The position numbers were made by a program, and so were the translations under genes. A stretch of DNA of 53,190 nucleotides, the filler included, from Sphacelaria rigidula (Eukaryota), in NCBI GenBank assembly GCA_964200075.2. It is 2 parts of 2 records of this genome, joined end to end, with 100 filler letters (N's around TTAATTAATTAA, not from the genome) between each part and the next. Parts side by side here need not be neighbours in the genome. Positions count along the whole stretch, not along the records: positions 1 to 26,558 come from CAXNAA020000133.1; 1 more part is not named here. One strand, written 5' to 3'. Shown piece after piece: positions 1 to 10,459 of the stretch. Below the pieces are notes generated by a model that was given only the letters and a program-made list of their open reading frames with translations, searched no databases and was not told the origin of the DNA. The stretch's first letter is position 1. Every line of letters begins with the position of its first letter.

Positions 1-955
1 CTTCAGGATTTCACACCACCACTACATACAGCAACAACTACGACCGAGTGAGGGCATGGAATAACGAGAGCAGGAATACTACGACACCGCCCAGAACGGA
101 CCGAACAAGATCAACGAACGCCACTACAACACCACACATTGTTAGCCAGAAAACGAAATGGCTGATCGGTAGAAGGGCAATATAACACGGTACGTACTTG
201 ATTCGTATATTATAGTATATGTACTGACTTGCGTATAGGATATATGTATTGACTTGCGTACAATACGGAATCATAGGACTGCGTGCAGGATCTTGATTTA
301 TTTGAAAACAGCGTGTCATGAGCACACCGTATGTGTACTTTATTAGTTCACCAACCCGTGTACAGAAGCTCATGTTTGCGCACTGGGGGAACATGCTTTG
401 AGTCGAGCATCAACTACAACAGTAGGATACGCAGCTGACACCGCTCCCTACGAGACTGTCTACGTAAGACACAGATTTAGATTTATCTATCTTTTTTGAG
501 TCATGAGGGCGCAATGTTCACAACATGAGTACTATCTCTGGATTTAAGGTTGTTGAGTACCAGAGTACATGTGTTTTGATCTTTGCATGCCATGTGAAGT
601 GCTGTATGTTGCGGGAAAACCTTCTAATTTATAGCAGGCACCAAAATTTTGATGCCATGCAAATAGCCCGATTATATTTGTGTAGGGATGAAATTCCAAG
701 ATTGACGATATATCTTGAAGTAAACGTGTGCACCTATACGCATAATAAACAGACTGATTTCTACACATCAGCTCAGCGTATCTTGGATGATTTTTTCGTT
801 TGATTTGAGCTGAGTTTTACCCTTCAGTACAGCGTACCCTGTAGCTGATTTTTTGCACATCAGTACAGTGTGCTTTGTGGTACTTTTTGTTCACTTGTCT
901 AGTACACGATTTGATTGAAAATTGATTTGCTACCCACGTACAACTCAAGGGGGTG

Positions 956-1568
956 TGTTGGAAATTTACACAGCCAGCAATCTAACTGTATATCTTTTGT
1001 GTGAGTTTTTACTCTGTAGCAAATTCGCGGGACAACTAGTGACGGTTCGGGTAGTCGGATAATAGCACAAATCTAACCCGAGATTCCGGGTACAAGTACC
1101 TCTTTTATATGGATCCTTGAGTTAGATATCTTGTTGGTATCGCCACGTAAGATCGTAGGATATGACAGTGTACTGCCATTGTTTGAGAGTGCTGTAGCTT
1201 GAATAAGAATCCAAGCCTATGAGCTGGTGACCTGCCACGCAAGTGTCACGGAAGCGTTTTCGTCTACGTACGTGTAGAAGCTTTGTTTATGGGTTCCAAG
1301 GATTGAGGGACGGAGCTGGTGGTTTCCACCGCCCTCCAAGGTCACTCTCCTTCACTACCATCAGTTCTCCGCTTTGTGAGGAAACTGCGAGTTCTGCTTT
1401 TGTTGACCAAATAAGCGCCCAATCAACCATTCGTCTCACTGATTTTACTCTGAAGCTGCGGAAGCAAGTGGTCTCATCAACCACGGTGCAACCTCTGCAT
1501 ACTACTGTTCGCTGAACAGTAGTTGGCCTGTCGTAAGGACAGTGCCACGACCACGAATTATTCCAACA
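956..1568 (+). mobile_element. 3' LTR of an LTR retrotransposon (probably Ty1/copia-type); the rest of the element extends off the left edge
   Basis: Termini TGTTGGAA (956) ... TTCCAACA (1568) form a perfect 8-bp inverted repeat. A purine-rich PPT-like tract (caagggggtg, 946-955) lies directly upstream. The partner LTR is not in the window, so the superfamily call is tentative. Confidence 0.7.
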
Positions 1569-2069
1569 TCATCTTCATTGATTTAGCTCCATGTGAGGCT
1601 ATCACGATGAACATCATACAATTTCGCTGGTCAGACTGTTTATGGTAGGCGCACGCATTTGCGCGGCACTGTCTGTAGCAAGCCCAGGCAAGGTTAGCTC
1701 ACATCCAGAACCCGCAGCTGCTCCCGTTTTGTACTATTCTTGTTCGAACTACATACTCCGTACCCGCGGTCGAAAGCCCTGTAACGTGGAATATTTCACG
1801 GAATGGTTTGCACAGCCCACTGTGACAAAATCTACGCCAAACAATATTCAACGTGGACCTGCCACACGATACGAAGAAAATAACCTCGTGTGTGCACGGA
1901 GCAGCTGCAAAATCGCTACAGTAGTCGTAAAATCGGTCAATGTCGCCCATGAGGCGCCTTATTATATATACATATAATAATGCTGTTTGAAAAAAGGTGG
2001 AGTGCGCCGCAATCATTTTTCGTGACAGTGTTGGGGGCGTGATGTAAGGGTCGCCTGTCGCCGAATGAC

Positions 2070-2180
2070 TGTATGTGTGTTGTCATCCAATCTATTCCGC
2101 ACGCCAGTCTATGCCTTGTGGTATATGTGGGCGCACCGGCGGGGGTAACACAGGAGGAAGGCCAACACAGGAGTTCTTGT
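2070..2180 (-). mobile_element. 3' fragment of tRNA-derived SINE family
   Basis: Reverse-complement match to the 3' end of the copies at 7665-8028 and 9908-10459 (tgtcatcc.atctattc...atgtgggcgcacc...cacaggaggaaggccaacac). Confidence 0.7.
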
Positions 2181-2245
2181 CCTTTTTCATGCGTTTGAGT
2201 TCTCGAGCAATGCTACGGTAGGATGCACTTTTTCGCGAAATCTTG

Positions 2246-2502
2246 CACACGTCGGGCAGCTCATGATCTACCTAAATATTACCTCTTATTAGTTTACTGA
2301 TCCGGATCACGAGCTAGCTCATGTGATCGCTTTTTCCATATTTTCTCCCGACAGCGCTGGACACCGAGCACGCGGAGAAGCGCAAAGGTGGCGCTTTGGC
2401 TTCTCGGGCCCTGCTGTCACGTAATTTGTGTTTTTGGATGAGCAATCTGAGAGTCCCCTTCGATTTGTTATTTTCGGTAGCTCATGAGCTGTCCGACGTG
2501 TG
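2246..2502. mobile_element. MITE with ~27-bp TIRs (CACACGTCGGRCAGCTCATGA...)
   Basis: cacacgtcgggcagctcatgatctacc ... ggtagctcatgagctgtccgacgtgtg. A second copy with a homologous interior lies at 26069-26321. Confidence 0.75.
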
Positions 2503-2581
2503 AAAAATTGTACAGTACCCACACGGCGACTGACCGCTTCTCGCCTTTGTACAAAAACTACCACCCATGGTGGCTTTTCAG

Positions 2582-5500
2582 CGGACTCACCTGTTCTCGC
2601 CTCCTGTGCGCCGCTCGTGGTCAATTGTGTCGTCAACGGTTGCACCGCATCAGGGGTGAAAGGACGATGTCGGCGATGCAAGAAGTGTTGGGCCAAACCC
2701 GGTAAGGAAGTAAAGAATACTGACTATTTGTGTGCGATTTTGCTCCACCGTTTTGCTCTACGTATGGTTTCTTCTCTGTTTTTCCTCTGGCTTCTTTGCT
2801 TCTGTGATCATTATTCTGTTTATTCGGCTTGTTTTTTTCGCTTTTTTTTATGCTGTTTGGGTGTCGTGCGTATGCGTGAGTTTTCAGTGGCACAGGAAGA
2901 ACACATTTCCGAAAAAGAAATGTAATCTCCTTGACGATATATATCTAATACTTTCATGGAAAAATATGCACGGATATCTTCATCGGCAGATTAAAAATCT
3001 ATCAAAGTTGGTCGTACCCTGGAATTCTGACCTGTTCCACAGTCAACATGCGTTGCCTAGATCAGGCTCCATAGAACATGTGATGGAGCATTTTTCTCGG
3101 GTTGTCACCGCGGAAACCATGACTTGATTTTTTTTGTGCCGTTTGGTTTTGTCCTACTCGTACTATAGAAGTTCCGTGACTTTTTGCTGCTGTTCCTGTT
3201 GCGAAGGGAATCCCAGCATGGTGCGGTGGGTCTTCAGCCTGGCATGACCGCATTACACTGGGACCCCGCACTCTCTGGTCCCGGCATAGTGCGGTGGATC
3301 TTTAGCCTGGCATGACCGCACTACACTGGGACCCCGCACTCTCTGGCGTGGTGCAACTTCTTGATACCAGGATAGCGGATCGGACTCGTGACAAGTAACC
3401 GCGTGGGGATAAGCCCACCGCACTCTAATGGAACCCCTACTCGAACTGCTTTTTTTTCTCCTTGATCCTTTCAGCACGCCCGCCCGCCCCAGAACATGAT
3501 CCAGACAGTCTTCGAGGATCCCCTCCCCCGCATCACACCATTGTGTGTTTCCAGCTAGTAGTGTCCCAGCGGAGGAGAAAATGAGCGATTCATGTTTCAA
3601 TTTATCCTCTCATTTTCCCCCCACTCCTCCTGTGCTTTTCACTTTACACAGGATGCGCCGTAGGATGCTTTCGCTGCTGTTTGAAGGCTGGTAGGGCCTG
3701 CGAAACGCACGCCAAGCAGCAAGAGCGTAAGCGGATCGAGGACGCGCTGCTCGCCGGCGGACGTAGCCAGAACCAACTCGACGGAGAGCGCCGATTGGCC
3801 AAGGGGGTGTTTAAGGAAGAGGCCATCCACGGTGAGAGATGGTGGTAGTGTTGGTGTTACAGAAGGGTACACCCTGTGTAAAAACATTTGTGCAATCCAT
3901 GTACCTTTTATAGACAAATTTACCTGATTCAGAAGCTTCCCCCGGAGTATTTTTTGTTTTGTCGTCATAATCTCAACTCCTCTCCTTCCTCGGAATGAGA
4001 GTGCATCTCGTCACCTGAAGGGATCGGATCAGTACTCCTGCTCGTGTAGACTTTTTAATTTTCTTCGTTCGTCACGTCCTGGTGTTCTCAATGACGGAAT
4101 TCAGACTTTCCTACAAAAAACGGAGTTCAAACCGTTCATATTTCGTCTTTTGGGATTCGAGTCGTGTCGGTTGCACCACCGGGGCGACGTGGAATGGTCA
4201 TGTGCCTTATATTTATGGGCAGTGTACTAGATCCAGAGGCTGCCCTCAAGTGCAGCCTAAGGATCGGAAAACCGATGTACCCGCGATGAACTTTCTCTAT
4301 CGAGACCCTGGAGTTTTTATCATGTAGAGGATTCTACTGTTGTTGTTGCCGCTGCTGTTGTGATTGCGTGTTGTTGCTATTGCTGCTGTATGTCGCATGT
4401 TGTTGTTGCTCCTGCCTACTGCTCTCCCGTTACATGGTTCTGATTTTGTTCTGGTTGCTGTGGTGTGATGAGCTGCCCTTTTTGAAATGTTTTTCCTTGA
4501 CGTTCTGATGAGGGTGTCTGGACATATTTTTCGTACAAAATATCGCCATGTTGGCGTTTGGGCGTCGTTTTTCCCGCTTTCTCTCCTCATGCGTGCGATG
4601 GCCACTCACGTGGTAACGCGCAATGTAGCATGGGTGAAGGCATGATTTTACTGTTCCATTTCTCCATATAATTGGAACTGGTTATAACCGTTGCAGAAAT
4701 GCAAGTTGGACAGTAGCAGATGAGTTCCGGATCTTGGATGCCTCCCGTGTCGCTCTCGATCGACCTCCTCTCCCCCCCACCCTCTAAAATAATCCCTACT
4801 CGTTTCCTGATTCCCAACCGCACGGTACGATCGATGTGTGACGCGCGGTTTTCATCCTGCAGCAATCGGAGATACGGCGACGGTGTTCTGCTTCATGGAC
4901 TTTTCGCGCAGCAAGTCGAACCAAGGGACGTTCAAGGCCCTCGACAGGACCCAGGTGCGCGAACCAACAGGAGATTCCAGCATTTTTCGTGTTCTTCCAT
5001 CCCTTGATTGCAAAGTAGCAGTTGTCATTGTCCAGCGAATCCGTCCACGTATGCCGATGAGATTGTTCTTCTGTGTCTCGATTTTCCTTCTTTGTACGGA
5101 TAATTTTTCGGCGAATATCTCAATAGCTCAGGATTCGGGGGGTTGAGTCATGTTCGACACCCGAGTTGATTTCACCGAGCATTTGCGTAGTGGCAGTCGC
5201 CCGAAATTTGGGGGAGGCTGGGGACGGAGGTGAAGGGGACAAGGAGAGGGGAAACGAGAGCGGGGGCCTACGTGCTTGTAATCATCGGGTACTGCGGATT
5301 GACCTGTAGTGTGGGCATTGGTGGATGCCAGCAGCCTGCTGCAAGCACCATGGACGGATTTCGGTTCTCGTGTGCTTTGCGCGGTGTCGTGGTCTTCTTT
5401 ACAGCGGCTACATCGTATGTATCAACCTCGGCATGCTTTGTCGAGAGTCGCCTTGAAGCTCGTGTTGAATGCTTCCCCCTACTCTGCCATTTCCCTCTAC

Positions 5501-5787
5501 TCTGTGACATATTTTCTCAGAGGGCTACGGCAGGCCGCGCAACCCCTCGCCCGAGAAAGGCAAAAAAAGGGGCGACGGCGGCGGCAGTGTCAGCGAGGCA
5601 GGGGAGTGCATGCCAAAAAGGGAGCGTCGCCCCGAACGCCTCACCCGGCACCGAGGGTCCTGCTTCAACGGTGAACCGGAGGAGGCGAGTTCGCCCCGCG
5701 CTTGCAAGGTGGCGTCGTAAGAACGCGGAGATGCTGGCGGCTGTTCGGGCATCGTGCGAGCAGACCGGACCAGATTTGCTGCCGTGA
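2582..5787 (+). CDS. Spliced gene (5'-incomplete) for an unknown protein with a Cys/His zinc-finger-like motif; exons 2582-2701, 3652-3831, 4863-4954, 5521-5787
   Basis: All introns are GT-AG, with phases 1,1,0 that join into one open frame: ..DSPVLASCAPLVVNCVVNGCTASGVKGRCRRCKKCWAKP/GCAVGCFRCCLKAGRACETHAKQQERKRIEDALLAGGRSQNQLDGERRLAKGVFKEEAIH/AIGDTATVFCFMDFSRSKSNQGTFKALDRTQ/RATAG...PDLLP*. The start exon was not identified. Confidence 0.7.
3211..3346 (+). repeat. 68-bp tandem duplication (2 copies) in an intron
   Basis: 3211-3278 and 3279-3346 are nearly identical (tccc.gcat.gtgcggtgg.tctt.agcctggcatgaccgca.tacactgggaccccgcactctctgg). Confidence 0.9.
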
Positions 5788-7664
5788 AGGGAAAGAATGA
5801 CGGGGTGCGGGTCGCTTTTTTGTTGGTGCAGCTGTCGTTGTCAGTGTCTTGGTTTACGTAACGTAGCTTGCCTGCCCGATCAGCATTTGGATTAAATGAG
5901 GTGAGCGGGTCTCAGGATTTGTTGGCCATGTACGTTGTAAACAAAAAAGGAGAAGAAATAAGCAGACGTTTTAACTGCTACGTTTCGTACGGATCCATCT
6001 CGAGGAGCAGCCTCTTTGTGAAGCGTCCTCTTCCTGACTGCCGGAGCGTTCTTGTCGGCAATGGTCGTTCTAGTACCAAACCGCCCCCCCCCGGTTGAAC
6101 TGCGTGTTTCCCACGGGGTTATAGACAGGGCGTCGTCTCCGTTCGCTCGACCCATGTTGGAAAGTGGTCCTCCTCGAAAATGCCCCCTTATTCCCCGTCC
6201 CCCTCGTCCCCGCTCCCGACTACCGGTGTAGCTAGTTATTGCTCTAATAGCACCAGATCAAGTGTTTGTAGCTTGGCTTCAGTTCCGTGTATACCGTACG
6301 GACGGTCTATCGTAGAGTACTTCCCATTGCTTTGAATTCAAGGAGCTCGAGAGAGGAGGACGAGGGGATGGGGACGCAGAGGTTTGTGTGGCGGAAGCAT
6401 GATAAATATGCCAATTGCTATGATCCTGCGAACGATAAACGCCGTTTCACGTAGATTTCCTGCGGTGCTGTCAGCACTCTTTGTGCGCCCTTCAGGCATT
6501 AGTCTAGGGAGTAGAGCTAGTGAGTAACGATCAGTACCCTAATGGTCGTTTGGTCGTTGGTAGCTTCGGTGCCTGTGGGTTTTACCAGGAGGCGAAGTCT
6601 AGCGGGGATTCCAATGAAACAAGACATTGATCGGTTGATCGTCGCGATTGAAGTAATCGCCCAGGAATCTAGCAGTGTTTAAAAGGTATACGTCCAACAA
6701 GATTATATAACCAATGAATGAGGGTGTTTTCCTCTCGCCGCGCTCCCTCAGTCTTCATCCAGCTCAGATCAGCTTTAATGATTGCGCGATTTTCTGCTAG
6801 GCGTGTTGTAAAATGTAGCATGGGGAGGGCTTTTGTTGCGTTCAGTGGGTTGGATTGCGTGAAGCCTTCTTCCGATGGGTGCGTTTAGCTTGATTTTTTT
6901 CGTTGAATGTTTTTGATTTTTTTTGTCGTTGAATGTTTTCTCACGTTTCTTCTTCTTGCCGGCATGTTGTATTTCCGTTATTTCTATCTGCAGTTTCTTG
7001 ATATTTTTTTCGCGTGTGTGCCTTCTTCATTCAACGCTGCAAAGACCGAGCCGGGACAAAGACAACGTCGTCATACCCCGTTGCTACGAATGAGCTTACC
7101 GGGGTTTAGGGAAGAGGCAAAATCCTGGGACAGTGACACTAGCGTTGTGGGGTATTGGTTTTAAGGGGAACCTATTTGCTTGTGCGTGTACAGCACTTGG
7201 AGCTGCCTGGGTGAATTGATGAGTGTAGCATAGTCGGGCAAAACTGGGCGCACAGGTCCGATCCGCTGCAAGTGGCGGAGTATAGTAGTCCAGGGGGAAC
7301 ATGAGAACTGTGTATACTCCGAACAGTATGCAGCAACCTTTTAAAATAAATTACTAATCGTAGCAAGTGACAACAAGTGGCTCCATTTTTTCTTGTCATC
7401 TTTTTTGGCAATCGTTGATCTAAGTGGAAATCGGCCCCGATCCCTGCCGAGTTGCTCCCATATTCGGCACAGGATTATGAGGGTCCGCCGGGGCTGGATG
7501 GAAGAAATTGACTCGGAGAGTTGTCATTTCTATTATCGATCCACTCGTGGCGAAGCAGGGTCGCATGCGGGGGAGCATTTTCAAAATTCTCAAGCCCCTG
7601 GGGCATGCAGAACATGTGAACGCGGTGATCCTTTGATGCAGTAATGAACGACTCTCCGTCCTCC

Positions 7665-8028
7665 TGTCGCCCCGTTGGCTCAGTCGGAAACCTCGAAATC
7701 TTCTGACGGGTTGGGTCGTGGGTCCGAATCTCGATGCAGCCACACAATCTGAAATATTTTCTCACAAAATGCCCACCAGTGAGACGCAACTATATCGTGG
7801 GTACACAAAATTCGACTTCACGGTCGACGATGGAAGGGGACTGCTGAACCCGTCTTGCGATACAAAAATAAAGCAAGCACCGCAGAAGGAAGACGGAGAA
7901 GTAAAGAGAGAAAACTACCTCTTGTGTTAGCCTTCCTCCTGCGTGACCCCTGCTGATGCGCCCACATATACCGAAAGGTGTAGACTCGCGTCTGGAATAG
8001 ATGGGATGGCAGAACACCCAACAACACA
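7665..8028 (+). mobile_element. tRNA-derived SINE, full-length copy
   Basis: 5' head with A-box-like tggctcagtcgg and B-box-like ggtccgaatct, a body shared with other copies, and a CA-rich tail. Confidence 0.7.
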
Positions 8029-8232
8029 GTTGATGGCGTGTTCGACTGTGGTCATCTGGTTTTCAAGCTAAAGCGAAAATAAACATGCTCAACTCCCCCC
8101 CCTCCCTCCCTACATGACCGTTCTGCAAGCCCTATATTCTTGCCTACGGCGTACATGATAAGATGGTGTGAGCATGAGTCGCGCTGTGCGCGCGCTAGGA
8201 AAGCGGTCTGTATATCCTGAGACCAAGCGATA

Positions 8233-8325
8233 TGTGCGTTTTGCCATCTCATCGATACTGGACGCCAGTCTACACCTTTCGGTATATCATATGTGGGCGC
8301 ATCAGCCGGGGTCACAAATGTCACA
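8233..8325 (-). mobile_element. 3' fragment of the same SINE, abutting a TIR element
   Basis: gccatctcatcgatactggacgccagtctacacctttcggtata...gtgggcgcatcagccggggtcaca matches the family 3' end. Confidence 0.7.
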
Positions 8326-8334
8326 TGGAAATTG

Positions 8335-8684
8335 CACACGCGGCCATTCGGCTACCCCCGAAAATGCCTCCGTAGGGATGCGCGGCCCTCCAGAGGAAGA
8401 ACAAGCCTCCGGAGGCCTTCAACCCTCTGGAGGAAACCAAACACTACGACCTGGAGGGCCGCGCACCCCTCCGGAGGAATTTGGGGGTATGCGCAGCCCT
8501 CCAGAGGCAAAAATCAGCTCCAGAGGCAAAAATCAGCTTCCGGAGGCGTTTAATCCCTCTGGAGGAAACGAAAAAATCTCCTGTGGAGTGCCGCGCACCC
8601 CTCCGGAGGCGTTTAATTCCTCTGGAGGCTCGAAAAGGTTACCCACCTGGGGGCATTTTGGACGTCGCCAAATGGCCGCGTGTG
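8335..8684. mobile_element. MITE with TIR CACACGCGGCCATT and an internal array of the palindromic decamer CCTCYRGAGG
   Basis: cacacgcggccatt (8335) and aatggccgcgtgtg (8684) form the TIR. About 11 copies of cctccagagg/cctccggagg/cctctggagg lie between 8385 and 8630. Confidence 0.75.
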
Positions 8685-9151
8685 TGGATTCGTGCAAGTT
8701 GTAACTACAGACACCACAATCCTTGCCTTAAAATTTCATCACTTGAACTTCCATTCGAGGGCCTTCTCGAAACCTCTGGGCCAACCGAATCGGAACAGAG
8801 GACTTCGAATAGGTTCCTCGGAAGTTGAACCTTATTTTTTTGCTCAACACAATTTCACAGGATCTTCTGTCCATATGAAAATGGTGCAGCGGAAAAGATA
8901 GTGCACGGCGGGCAGGTATGAGTATCTTCACAGCCAGCGGGTGAATGAGGTTACCTCTACAAATAACCTCTCCCCATCGGAAAATGCGCAAAGAGGATGA
9001 TAAGTGGTACTACCACATGCTGCCTGAAACATGGGGGGGAAATAGTTCTCACTCGAGGGTCCGTTCAGAGATACAACACCTTTCACAGAGTATCCCGCGG
9101 ATTTCGTAAAATTCTCGGTGGTTTCCCTTTGGGGGCTCCCAGGTTGGCACC

Positions 9152-9280
9152 TGTGACGGTTCAACCCTTAGACCGCGAGGTTATTAGTCTTTTTGGACCA
9201 TGCATACTTTTTTTTTCACTTGAAATTGATGCCGATTCAACAGAAGACTAACCTCGCGGACTAAGGGTTAAACCGTCACA
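9152..9280. mobile_element. Small hairpin MITE (~32-bp TIR)
   Basis: tgtgacggttcaacccttagaccgcgaggtta ... taacctcgcggactaagggttaaaccgtcaca. Confidence 0.75.
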
Positions 9281-9500
9281 CTTCAATCGTCACACACCCG
9301 AGTCAAACAGTAATTAATGGTTGTACTTGAAGTGATACCGACTGCGCAAACCAGGTGTACATTATACCTTGGCGGCTAAAGGTCGAACCCTTCGGGCGCC
9401 GGATAATGGGCAGTTGTGTCTTCACTTAACTTGATGCGGGCTCAACAGATGGGACACCCCGAACGTTGCAGAATGAATCCTGTCGGGATGTACGCACTAC

Positions 9501-9864
9501 TGTGTGTGTTGTCATCTCATCTATTCTGGACGCCGGCCTACACCTTTCGGTATATATATATGTGGGCGCACCAGCCGAGGTCACACAGGAGGAAGGCCAA
9601 CAAAGGATATATATGTATATATATATATTTAGTTCTCCACCTTCCTTCTGCGATGCTTGCCTCTTTATCAATCGCGAGAGGGGTCCAGCAGCCCCTTTCC
9701 CTCGTCGATCGTTGAGTCGCGTCTTCTTATGTACCTTCGACATAGTCGCTCTCTACTGTTGGGCATTTGTATGAGAAAAAGTCCCAGATAGCTCCAAGAG
9801 TCGAACCCATGATCCAACTGTCGGAAGTTGTTGAGGGTACCAGCTGAGCCACCGCGGCGACTGG
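9501..9864 (-). mobile_element. tRNA-derived SINE, full-length copy
   Basis: The reverse complement has A-box tggctcagctgg, B-box ggttcgactc, the family body and a (CA)n tail. Confidence 0.75.
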
Positions 9865-9907
9865 CGCAATGTACAATGATAACATGATAATTATAATAAT
9901 AGTAGAA

Positions 9908-10373
9908 CACCCCGGTGGCTCATCTGGTGACCTCGAAACCTCCTCTCTGACGGTTTGGTCGTGAGTTCGAATTTTGGTGCAGTCACACGGTATGGGATTT
10001 TCCCCACACATTGCCCAACAGTGATGGAGAGCGACTATGTTGTAGGCACACAAAATTCGACTTCATGGTAGACGAGGGGAAGGAACCGCTGCACTCCTTT
10101 CGCGATAAAAAAATAAGGCAAGCACCGCAGAAGGACGGTGGAGTATTCGAAATAAAAATGAAAAAAACTCCTCTGTTGACCTTCCTCCTGTGTCAACCCG
10201 GCTGATGCCCTCACATATTATACCGAAAGGTGTAGACTGGCGTTCAGAATAGATGGGATGGGCACAGACAAAGATACAGTCACAGCCTCAGACACACACA
10301 CAAGACACTCAGACACACACACGTAGTCACACACACGCAAACACAAACACAAACACAAACACAAACACAAACA

Positions 10374-10451
<78 letters not shown>

Positions 10452-10459
10452 CACACACA
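9908..10459 (+). mobile_element. tRNA-derived SINE with long (CA)n/(CAAACA)n tail
   Basis: A-box tggctcatctgg, B-box agttcgaatt, family body to ~10265, microsatellite tail ~10290-10459. Confidence 0.75.
10293..10459 (+). repeat. Compound microsatellite (CA)n + (CAAACA)n
   Basis: Directly visible in the sequence. Confidence 0.95.
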
